From assembly GCA_903850725.1 (NCBI GenBank), contig CAINMG010000121.1:1-29427 (forward strand): 29,427 nucleotides of DNA. Direction: 5' to 3'. Positions within the stretch are counted from its first letter, which is position 1. Every line of letters starts with the position of its first letter. A program made the translations under genes and the position numbers. Below are positions 15,586 through 24,400 of the stretch, in pieces. The notes under the pieces are model-generated. The model ran no database searches, had not been told where the DNA came from, and was given only the letters and a program-made list of their open reading frames with translations. Origin of the DNA: Candidatus Staskawiczbacteria bacterium. Its GTDB lineage: Bacteria; Patescibacteriota; Minisyncoccia; Minisyncoccales; Staskawiczbacteraceae.

Positions 15586-15984
15586 ATGGAAAATAAAAAT
15601 ATTCCAACTAAAAATTCTTTTTCTATAATATCTCAAATCCTTGAGGAAAAAAAAGTTGGAGAGAAAGATGATGATAATATAATTAAGTATTTTTCATCAA
15701 CTGCAATTATTTTTGGGTTAGCAGAAAAATTGTTCAGCAAAAATATTTCAGAAGATGATTTTTTGTTATCACTTAAATTTTTGGATACAACAGATCAAAA
15801 TTATAAAGATATATTAGATAAAGTTAAAGAAAAAGTTTTTCCTTTATTAGAATTAGAAAAACCAGACGACTCTAAAAAAACAAAAGTAGAAGAAAATGAG
15901 GAAAATATTATAACACCCAAAATCATTAAGAGCAGAAAAAAAATCACGAATATTAATGATACTTATAGGGAACCAATTGAATAA
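15586..15984 (+). CDS. hypothetical protein, T4SS-like-locus associated (ends DTYREPIE)
   Basis: 132-aa ORF tightly following the VirB6-like gene. Confidence 0.7.
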   Translation: MENKNIPTKNSFSIISQILEEKKVGEKDDDNIIKYFSSTAIIFGLAEKLFSKNISEDDFLLSLKFLDTTDQNYKDILDKVKEKVFPLLELEKPDDSKKTKVEENEENIITPKIIKSRKKITNINDTYREPIE

Positions 15985-15989
15985 ATTAT

Positions 15990-16020
15990 AAAAAAAGAAG
16001 ACCGACATCCTTGTCGGTCT
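15990..16020 (-). terminator. intrinsic terminator of the SPFH-like gene
   Basis: agaccgaca-4nt-tgtcggtct with the A run at 15990-15996 giving a U-tract on the minus strand. Confidence 0.85.
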
Positions 16021-16039
16021 TTGTCTGAGCCACAAGGGT

Positions 16040-17182
16040 TCAGATGCTTTTGAAGTCGGCATCGGACATATTTCCTCTTTTGTCGTCCTTAGCTTTTTTC
16101 GACTTCTTGCCGCCGCCTCCACCACCGCCGACGAGAAGACCAGCTCCATCGCCACCAATGACCACAGTTGTGGCTCTCTCAAGCCCCTTAACATGAGTCT
16201 GGCGGTAACCTGGCGTTTTGGCCAAAGCCCTCTGACGAAGTTCTTCTTGCTTCTCCTTGATCCGCTGGGGCGTTGCTTTTGGATTATCAGCCAACCATGC
16301 CTTCAAGGCTTGATTGGTGTCGTCAAACAAAGCAGCGCTTGCTTGAGCTTCCTTGCCAGCAAGGGCAATCCGCTCTTCGGCAGCCATTGTCAGATATTCC
16401 ACCTCAACCTTTTCTTGCATTGCTGAGTCAATTTTCTCTGGCACAGCAATGTCTTCAATCCGAATTTTGACTTCGCCCCTACCAGGCTTGAAGTTTGTCT
16501 TGTCATTCCCAAGAATACCTGAAGTGGCGAACAACCCATCCTCAAGTAGAAAAAACTCTTTTGCTTCCTTGTTTACATCAGTGAGATTTGACCGCTCTAT
16601 CGCTTCTTTGTGCGTATATGCAGCCATAATATCACGCAAACCAGTGACCATCTCACTTGTTACCCACTTGTCAAAGGCTGCCATATTAAAGGGCACTTTC
16701 GACTTGATCATCAGAGCAAGAGACTCTGGCTCGAGATACGGGAATACCACAAAGCCAGAGAAATTAACAAGCAAAGGTACCTTGTCGCTTGATCTGATTT
16801 TGTGACCAACATCTCCGCCAAGAGTGAATTTCATCGGTTCTCTTGGAACTCGAACAAGCTCACAATACGGTCTTCCGTAGATCCACTTGTAAAGCGGAAT
16901 CCACAGCACGGTAACTGGGCCAGGCTGATAAATCTCGCTTTCGTCCAATTTACCAGTATAACTCTTGAGAGCTACTTCCTCTGGACCGATGTTGTCTTTT
17001 GATTTGATGAGAATCCTGATCCCAACAGAGACCACAACAATCAAATCAAAGACGAGGATTCCGATGCCGATGCCAAGCGCCCACTTCGAGTCGTTCCAAA
17101 AGGAACCAACCACGAGGGCGATAGGCAGGATGACCAGTAAAACAAACAAAATCGCGACCAGAACTTGCAGAAAAGCCTTCAT
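16040..17182 (-). CDS. membrane-anchored SPFH/Band-7-like protein with Gly/Lys-rich tail
   Basis: Two N-terminal TMs, IGPEEVAL...GKL...PG...IP, IRSSDKVPLLVN, then a helical region; AAGGAG RBS before ATG 17182; visibly higher GC than neighbours. Confidence 0.7.
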   Translation of the reverse strand: MKAFLQVLVAILFVLLVILPIALVVGSFWNDSKWALGIGIGILVFDLIVVVSVGIRILIKSKDNIGPEEVALKSYTGKLDESEIYQPGPVTVLWIPLYKWIYGRPYCELVRVPREPMKFTLGGDVGHKIRSSDKVPLLVNFSGFVVFPYLEPESLALMIKSKVPFNMAAFDKWVTSEMVTGLRDIMAAYTHKEAIERSNLTDVNKEAKEFFLLEDGLFATSGILGNDKTNFKPGRGEVKIRIEDIAVPEKIDSAMQEKVEVEYLTMAAEERIALAGKEAQASAALFDDTNQALKAWLADNPKATPQRIKEKQEELRQRALAKTPGYRQTHVKGLERATTVVIGGDGAGLLVGGGGGGGKKSKKAKDDKRGNMSDADFKSI

Positions 17183-17288
17183 CAAAAATCTCCTTCGCTT
17201 TAGCGGAAAACAGTGACTGAACTGATATTCAATTGTCAAGGAACGACCCTGACTTTCTTGCCTGAAAACAATTTCAAGCTACAAATTA

Positions 17289-17317
17289 ATTATAGCATAT
17301 TTTTAGTTCTGTGTCAA
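17289..17317 (-). promoter_or_regulatory. consensus sigma70 promoter for the SPFH-like gene
   Basis: TTGACA (17317-17312), 17-nt spacer, TGc-TATAAT (17294-17289). Confidence 0.8.
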
Positions 17318-17343
17318 GGGATTGTGCTTGTTTTTGGTTGGGG

Positions 17344-17352
17344 TGTGGATAA
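17344..17352 (-). promoter_or_regulatory. perfect DnaA box
   Basis: TGTGGATAA, the reverse complement of TTATCCACA; intergenic. Confidence 0.5.
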
Positions 17353-17358
17353 GATTTG

Positions 17359-17387
17359 TTGTTGCTTTTTTTTAAAAGTGTTATAAT
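17359..17387 (+). promoter_or_regulatory. extended -10 promoter for the GxxExxY-prgI-virB4 unit
   Basis: TTGTTG, 17-nt spacer, TGt-TATAAT (17382-17387). Confidence 0.55.
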
Positions 17388-17397
17388 AAATCAATTA

Positions 17398-17928
17398 ACA
17401 GATTTACACAGATGCCAAACAGATTAACACAGATCACAGATAAAAATATGACTGATGAAAATTTCTTAGAAAAAGATTTGTCTTACAAGGTTATTGGCGC
17501 AATTTATTCAGTTGCTAATAAATATGGATGCGGTTTAAAAGAGATTGTTTATCAAAAAGCTTTAGCAGAAGAGTTTGAAAAATTGCAAATAAATTGCGAA
17601 CAACAAAAAAGAATTAATATTTATTCTTTAGATAGTGGAAAAGTTTTAGGAGTCTATATCCCAGATTTTCTTATAGAGAACAAAATTATTTTAGAAATAA
17701 AAGCCACGCCATTTACTACTAGACAAAATATTGAGCAACAAAGATCTTATTTAAGAGCTAGTCAATATGAAATTGGGTATTTAGCAAACTTTAATACAAT
17801 AAAATTAGAAATTAAAAGATCAATTTTTACAAATAATAGAAAATCATTTATAACATTAATTTCAAAAACACAAAGTTAGCCAGCATCTGTGATCTGTGAA
17901 AATCTGTCATTTATCTGTGCTAATCTGT
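17398..17928 (+). mobile_element. GxxExxY cassette bounded by 44-bp mirrored (C)ACAGAT / ATCTGT(G) arrays
   Basis: Five units per side with mirror-identical spacers, at 17398-17441 and 17885-17928. Mobility is inferred. Confidence 0.6.
17448..17879 (+). CDS. GxxExxY protein (PD-(D/E)XK nuclease-like family)
   Basis: GCGLKEIVYQKAL = GxxExxY; YIPDFLIENKIILEIKA; GYLANF. Start set at ATG 17448, after the repeats. Confidence 0.9.
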   Translation: MTDENFLEKDLSYKVIGAIYSVANKYGCGLKEIVYQKALAEEFEKLQINCEQQKRINIYSLDSGKVLGVYIPDFLIENKIILEIKATPFTTRQNIEQQRSYLRASQYEIGYLANFNTIKLEIKRSIFTNNRKSFITLISKTQS

Positions 17929-17936
17929 GGCAGTGC

Positions 17937-18344
17937 ATGGAACAATATCCTATTCCACAATTTATTGAGCAAGAAGGGAAAATAGCATTTTTCATTTCTT
18001 TTAGACAATTCTTTTACCTTTGCGGGGGAGGAGTGATTTGTTTTGTTTTATACTATACAGTACCATTTGCAATATTTGCTATTTTGTCCCTAATTGTTAT
18101 GGTAGCAACTGGAGCCTTGGCTTTCTTGGTAATTAATGGCATGCCTTTGGCAAATATACTTTTAAGCTCTGTAGGATTTTTAGCTGGCAGTAAAAATTAT
18201 ACTTGGAAGAAAAAAGAATCTGCTTATCCATTTAAAGCTGTAAAAAGAATCCAAATTAGGAAAATAGATGAAGGCCCAAAACTACAAGCTCAAACAAGTA
18301 GACTTAAAAAAATTCACACACAAGTAGAATTAAGAAGTAAGTAA
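17937..18344 (+). CDS. prgI: PrgI-family membrane protein
   Basis: MEQYPIPQFIEQEGKI...SFRQFFYL, two TMs; start is the ATG just past the right repeat array. Confidence 0.85.
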   Translation: MEQYPIPQFIEQEGKIAFFISFRQFFYLCGGGVICFVLYYTVPFAIFAILSLIVMVATGALAFLVINGMPLANILLSSVGFLAGSKNYTWKKKESAYPFKAVKRIQIRKIDEGPKLQAQTSRLKKIHTQVELRSK

Positions 18345-18355
18345 ATTTAAAGCAA

Positions 18356-19021
18356 ATGGTAAACAATGCAACACAAGATTTTTTGGAAATAAAAGATATT
18401 AGGGAAGGAGTTATTATTTTAAAAAATAACTCCATTAGGGGAATACTTATGGTTTCCTCGCTTAATTTTGCTTTAAAATCTGAAGAGGAACAAACTGCTA
18501 TTATTTATGCATATCAAAGTTTTTTAAACTCTTTGGATTTTTCATGCCAAATTATAATTCAATCGCGCAAAATTAACATCACCCCATATTTAGATAGCTT
18601 GCAGGAATTAGAACAAAAGCAAACTACAGATTTAATGCGTCAACAAACAGCTAGCTACAGAGAGTTTATCAAAGAAATGGTTAGAGGGGACATGGTTATG
18701 ACTAAGAATTTTTATGTGGTTATACCTTATGAATTGATGGAAATTTTTGGAGCTTCGGGTGTTACCAAGCAATTTGATTTTTTAAAAAATATTGGGGGCA
18801 AAAAAAAAGAAACACAAGAAGTAAAAGATCAAGATTTTGAAAGATGCAAAACTCAACTTTGGCAAAGAATGGAATTTTTAGCTATGGGGCTTCGCAGGTG
18901 CGGTTTGGAAGCAATCCCTCTTACAACCCCAGAATTAATTGAACTTTTTTGGTCAATTCACCACCCAGAGCAAGCAGAAATTGGATATTACCCAGAAATA
19001 TTACCTGAGTTACTTAAATAA
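18356..19021 (+). CDS. VirB4/TraC-associated protein (TraC-like N-terminal family)
   Basis: SSLNFALKSEEEQ, FLNSLDFSCQIIIQSR, KNFYVVIPY; sits between prgI and the VirB4-like gene. Confidence 0.7.
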   Translation: MVNNATQDFLEIKDIREGVIILKNNSIRGILMVSSLNFALKSEEEQTAIIYAYQSFLNSLDFSCQIIIQSRKINITPYLDSLQELEQKQTTDLMRQQTASYREFIKEMVRGDMVMTKNFYVVIPYELMEIFGASGVTKQFDFLKNIGGKKKETQEVKDQDFERCKTQLWQRMEFLAMGLRRCGLEAIPLTTPELIELFWSIHHPEQAEIGYYPEILPELLK

Positions 19022-19039
19022 ATTTACATAAAAAAAAAT

Positions 19040-20857
19040 ATGGCATTTGATTTTATAAATAATTTAATGGAAAAAAAGAAAAAAGATGATTTATTAGACA
19101 AGATCTTTGAAGAAGAAGTTTTTGATGTACGCGATATTATTGCCCCACCTTATGTTGGTGTTGGCCAAGACCACATAAAACTTGGGGAGAGACTTTCCAA
19201 ATCATTTTTTATATTTTCTTATCCAAGATATTTAAACACTGGGTGGTTTTCACCTGTAATTGATTTAAATGTACCAATGGATATTTCCTTTTTTATACAT
19301 CCTGTTTCTAGTGAATTAATTTTAAAAAAATTAAGAAAGAAAATTACTGAAGTTTCTTCAGAAATAATTGAAAGAGAAGAAAAGGGCTTAATTCGCGATC
19401 CATCACTGCAAACTGCTTATCAAGATATTGAAAATTTGCGAGATAAATTAATGACAGCTCAAGAAAGAATGTTCAGGTTTGGTTTGTATATTACTATTTA
19501 TGACAATTCAGAAAAAGAACTAAGAGAAACAGAACTTACATTGCGATCAATCTTTGAATCAAGATTAATATATATTAAACCTGCATTATTCCGCCAAAAA
19601 GAAGGATTTATTTCTTGCAATCCTTATGGAATGGATTTACTTGATGTACATGTGCCCATGGATACAGAGACTTTGTCCACTGCTTTTCCATTTATTTCTT
19701 TTGACTTAAGTTCTAATGAAGGAATATTATATGGCATAAATAGGCACAACAATTCTTTAGTGCTATTTGATAGGTTTAGCTTGGAAAATGCCAACATGGT
19801 AGTGTTTGCAAAATCTGGTTCAGGAAAATCTTATGCTATAAAGCTTGAGATTTTAAGATATTTAATGCAAGGAGTAGATTGTATTATTATTGATCCTGAA
19901 AATGAATATGAAGCTTTAGCTGATTCAATTGGTGGAGCGTTTTTTAAGATTTCTCTGACTTCAGAAAATCATGTAAACCCTTTTGATTTACCTGTGCCAG
20001 GTCCTGGAGAAAATCCTGAAGATGTTTTAAGAGGAAACATTATCAACTTAGTTGGGCTACTTCGTATTATGCTTGGGGGCTTATCAGCAGAAGAAGATAG
20101 TATTATTGATGAGGCATTGACTCAAACTTATGCAATAAGAGATATTACTGCAACTTCTGACCCTGCAAAATGGAAAGAAAACACTCCTTTGATGTCGGAC
20201 TTTGAAGAGATTTTAAATAGCATGCAAGGAGCAGAATCTTTAGCCAGAAGACTTGGCAAATATACCAAAGGAACTTTTTCTGATTTCTTTAACCAAAAAT
20301 CAAATTTAGAAATGGATAAAAACTTAGTTGTATTTGGTATAAGAGATATGGAAGAGTCTTTAAGGCCAATGGCTTTGTACATTATAATGCGCTATGTGTG
20401 GAACATTGTAAGATCTCAAATTAAAAAAAGAATTTTAGTAATTGAAGAAGCTTGGCTTTTAATGCAATCTGAAGACGGGGCATCTTTCTTATTTGGATTA
20501 GCAAAAAGAGGTAGAAAATATTATTTGGGGGTTACCACAATTACTCAAGATGTAGCTGATTTTATGGGTTCTGAATATGGAAAAGCAATTATATCTAACT
20601 CTTCATTGCAACTTTTACTTAAACAATCACCAGCCACAGTAGAGGTTGTAAAACAAACATTTAATTTAACTGATCAGGAAAAATATTTATTACTTGAAGC
20701 AGGTGTTGGGGAAGGATTATTTTTTGCTGGTAAAAAACATGTGGCTATTTCTATTGTTGCTAGCCAAACTGAAGATAGAATTATTACAACCAATCCAAAA
20801 ATAGTTATGGAAAGAGGAGAAGCAAAAAGAAAAATAAACGAAGCAAAAAACCAATAA
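19040..20857 (+). CDS. virB4: VirB4-like ATPase
   Basis: NMVVFAKSGSGKS (Walker A), IIIDPENEY, VNPFD, ILVIEEAW (Walker B region), KRGRKY...TQD. Confidence 0.88.
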   Translation: MAFDFINNLMEKKKKDDLLDKIFEEEVFDVRDIIAPPYVGVGQDHIKLGERLSKSFFIFSYPRYLNTGWFSPVIDLNVPMDISFFIHPVSSELILKKLRKKITEVSSEIIEREEKGLIRDPSLQTAYQDIENLRDKLMTAQERMFRFGLYITIYDNSEKELRETELTLRSIFESRLIYIKPALFRQKEGFISCNPYGMDLLDVHVPMDTETLSTAFPFISFDLSSNEGILYGINRHNNSLVLFDRFSLENANMVVFAKSGSGKSYAIKLEILRYLMQGVDCIIIDPENEYEALADSIGGAFFKISLTSENHVNPFDLPVPGPGENPEDVLRGNIINLVGLLRIMLGGLSAEEDSIIDEALTQTYAIRDITATSDPAKWKENTPLMSDFEEILNSMQGAESLARRLGKYTKGTFSDFFNQKSNLEMDKNLVVFGIRDMEESLRPMALYIIMRYVWNIVRSQIKKRILVIEEAWLLMQSEDGASFLFGLAKRGRKYYLGVTTITQDVADFMGSEYGKAIISNSSLQLLLKQSPATVEVVKQTFNLTDQEKYLLLEAGVGEGLFFAGKKHVAISIVASQTEDRIITTNPKIVMERGEAKRKINEAKNQ

Positions 20858-20870
20858 TTTAAAAACTAAA

Positions 20871-20937
20871 GCGTCTAGGGTATAGCGTCTAGGGTATAGT
20901 AATTGCTAAACCCTAAACCCTAAACCCTAAACCCTAG
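20871..20937. repeat. inverted heptad arrays (GCGTCTAGGGTATA x2 / TAAACCC x4)
   Basis: 14-mer at 20871 and 20885; TAAACCC at 20907, 20914, 20921 and 20928, then TAG. Confidence 0.85.
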
Positions 20938-20941
20938 CTAA

Positions 20942-21406
20942 GTGGCAAATGATGATGGAGGTATCACAGGCCCAGAAGGTGTCTTAATGCTAATGGTAGC
21001 CACGCTTTTAGATGGAATTGGATTAATAATTCTCTTTTTTGCTTTGGATGATTTTTGGATTTTAGATATTACGGGACTTTTACTAATTGGCACCTGGATT
21101 TTTTTTCGTACAGGACATGTATCTGCTACTGCCACAGCTAAAAAAACTGGCAAAAAATTATTGTCTCGTCTTGGACTTGGTCTTTTAATAGAAATTATTC
21201 CATGGTTTGGTGGACTTTGCCCTTCTTGGGTCATTATAGTCTGGCGAGAAATGAATGGAAAAAATGTTAAAGATACTAAAATACAATCTCAAAAGATACA
21301 AATGTCGTCTAACAGAGAACTAAGAGATGCTGGAATAAATGAGTTGAGACCAAATTGGAAAAATAAACAAACAAATGAAATTGAAGAGCCAGAAGAAGAA
21401 GTTTAA
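20942..21406 (+). CDS. hypothetical membrane protein of the T4SS-like locus
   Basis: GTG start; hydrophobic helices and an LIEIIPW motif; overlaps the next gene. Confidence 0.7.
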   Translation: MANDDGGITGPEGVLMLMVATLLDGIGLIILFFALDDFWILDITGLLLIGTWIFFRTGHVSATATAKKTGKKLLSRLGLGLLIEIIPWFGGLCPSWVIIVWREMNGKNVKDTKIQSQKIQMSSNRELRDAGINELRPNWKNKQTNEIEEPEEEV

Positions 21407-24400
21407 AAAAATATTATTACTTATAATCTTATCCACATTACTTTTGCCTGTGGCAGTTTTGGCTTTGGAAAATCAATACCCTGATATTTTAGGCAATGTA
21501 TTGCCTCCAAATCCAGATGTTGCAGATTATGTAGGTTATTTTGCAAATATTGGCATATCAATATCTTTAATTTTAGCTACGCTGGTTATTATTTTTGGAG
21601 GGCTTCAATATATTGTTTATGGTGCTTTGGGCAAATCTGGCGGGGAAGGTAAAGAATGGATAAAATCTGGAGTTTTAGGGTTGTTTTTATTGGTTTCTGC
21701 TTATACTATTTTAGCCACAATAAATCCTACATTAGTTAACCCAACTTTTGGAAAACTCTTAAACAACATTCCTTTTATTGATATACCTATTTCCGATTTG
21801 GTTAAGGGGCCTCCAATTACATATTACAAAGAAATCCCCATGGGCACTTTAACAGAAACTGTATTGTCTCGTAAAATTAGTTGCTATAAATATGATGACT
21901 TGGGAGATCCAATACAAGTACAAGTAAAAATTGACAGTGGTGGGAGTGCTTTTGGACCATCATATTTAGACCATGATAGAGTTGATTGTATGTTTGAACT
22001 TAACCAGGCAATTGAGAAAAAAACTAAAATAGTTAAAGACTTATCTATAAAAATAGCTCAATTAATGAATAGCTGTAACTGCCAAAAAAGCTCATCTGAA
22101 TCAACATCAACAACCCCACAAACTACATCCACAAATTGTACATCTACTGGTGATTGTCCAAGTCCAACTGGAGTAATAGAAGTTTGCGAAGAAGACGCTT
22201 ATTGCGGAAGACCGTTACCTTGCGATTGTTCTGGCTCTTGCGAGACAAATCCTGAAGAATTCGAAATGTGCGAAAAAGGAGTTAAAAAATTAGTAACTGA
22301 AGGCCCAATAGAAATTGGCGGGCTATTGGATTGGCCAGATTTTGTTGCCACTATTTTAGTGGGGCAAAATAATTTATCTGGCGGATTAATGACTTATACA
22401 GATTCCTTGTATAAATGTATGACATTATCTGATAAAATGCCAAAACTTAAAAAATATAAAGGCTTGCAAGAATTTGGCACAACACTAAATACACAAGGAG
22501 TTATCAAATTAATTGATACCAAAGTAAAATCTGAAGGAAGAGATGTTACATTAATGAATAAAACAAATTGGGATAATTTAAAGCTGGTAGAACAATTAAT
22601 GTATTTAAAAGAAAAATTAAGCGAGCTTACAACAACTCTAAGCCAAGACAATCAAAGATTGAGTCTAGCAAAAGAAGAATTACGTAAATGTTATTTGGCT
22701 ACACCTTATGTAGATTATTTAAAAGAATTAGAAAAAACCAAAAAAGAAGACCGCCTCTTAATGGTTCAAAAAAATTATAGTACTTTTGAAAATAAGCTTA
22801 CAGATATTTCTAAATATTGTAATGGTTTTGGTTATGCTAATTCAAGTTGTTTTTATAACTGCCAAAATGCTTGTCCATCTACAGATCCTGCATTTTTATC
22901 ATATATTCAAGATTGCAAAACACAAGATTGTGATTCTATTTGTGCGGAAAATACAATTGCTTGTCGTGCAAAGAAAAGCGCTTGCTTTATCAAAGAAAAC
23001 AATTGTTTGGCAGAACGATTACTTAGAAAAGAAACTTGTCCCAATGATAGTTCTGGGAATTTTGGAAACTTTGAAGAATGTATAGACTCTTGCCAAACAG
23101 AATGCAGTAGTGATTGCGAAACTAAATTTAAATCTTGTTCTGAAATTGATAAAGCTTGCAATGACTGTAGCAGTAAGTTAGATAAAGATTCAAATTTTCC
23201 TGGGGTTTGTAGTTCCATATCAAAAAAATATTGTTCTGATGAATTTGAAAAATGCCAAAATATTTGCAAAAATAACTCTCAGTGTATAATAAACAACAAA
23301 GAAAGCTGTATATATAGCCCACAAAATTTACTGGCTTGCGCAACTGAAAATACTGATAATGAAAACAAAAAATATTGTGTAGAAAATTCTGGTTTTACTT
23401 GTAAATATGGATCTTCACAGCAAGCGGGTTATGCTGATTGCCTAAAAAATCCTTATTCTTTGGGAAATAAATTTACTTCTTCTGAAATCTATAAAAACCA
23501 ATTTCAACAAAAATGTCCCGCACCATATTTAACAGATCCATCAAGTTCTTGTTATTCGTCATCCAGCCCAAATTCTTCTTGTATAGATGTTTGTCCTGAA
23601 GTTTCAAAGTGCCCATCTGCTTCTAACTGTCCAAAATGTCCATGCAATACAACAAGTATAGATACCAATCCATCAAATTTTAATTCAAAAGGAAAAGCTT
23701 TTTATAGTGTTTATGTGCATATGAAAAATATTAGTGTAACAATTGGGCAAGTTGTTAACCAAGGGGATATAATTGGACAAATAAGTAATATCGGAACAGA
23801 CACTGGGTCTCACTTACATTTTGCAGTTGGCTTTGAAAATGGCAAAACAGGGCTTGATGTGGCTACAAGTTTTGATATAAGTTCAAAGGTAACAGCTAGT
23901 GGAATGAGTGGTATTGGTAGTGGCTATACGGCGCCTTTGCCAACCTATGTAAATGAAAATTATAAAAATTATGTTTTAAATTCTTTGACACCTCCAGTAA
24001 ATACCAATCAATGCGACTGGAAACAAAATCCAGGCTCATATTTACACAACAATACCGCATCTTACGCCCAAGATTGGATTTGCAATAATGGATCCCAAGA
24101 AGGTAGCAATGTTCAAGTAATGGCTGGTGGGGATAATATAAAATCAACAGTCTCTGGAATAGTACCCGCAAGCGGAGCTGTAATAATAAAGCATGAAGTT
24201 AACGAAAATATATTGTCTTCATTAATAAATAGTATTATTTCTGATTATCAAATTGTTGGGGGAGAATGCCAAGAATATAAATATAATGATGATCCTTTGA
24301 CTTTTTATTGCAAACAAGATTGGTGGAATGAACCAGCGCTTCAAGCACAAGAGCCACTTGCTAATAGCTATATTTGCCCTAAAGAAAAAGAGATTCCTGT

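Noticed and set aside
15853-17216. Overlapping alternative ORFs in the SPFH region (e.g. 16353-16805 +, 16965-17216 +, 15853-16194 -)
   Set aside because: Antisense or shifted shadows, expected where higher GC lowers stop-codon frequency; no RBS or motifs.
17183-17239. SPFH-like gene start at 17239
   Set aside because: ATG 17182 has an AAGGAG RBS and starts the hydrophobic segment; the upstream part is leader.
17412-17447. N-terminal extension of GxxExxY (MPNRLTQITDKN) and of PrgI (17889-17936, ICENLSFICANLW)
   Set aside because: Both extensions are translations of the ACAGAT/ATCTGT arrays; the downstream ATGs give family-typical starts.
20907-20934. Plant telomere contamination (CCCTAAA repeats)
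   Set aside because: Only four units, embedded between in-operon bacterial genes, with an inverted degenerate partner and a related relic in rsmA.
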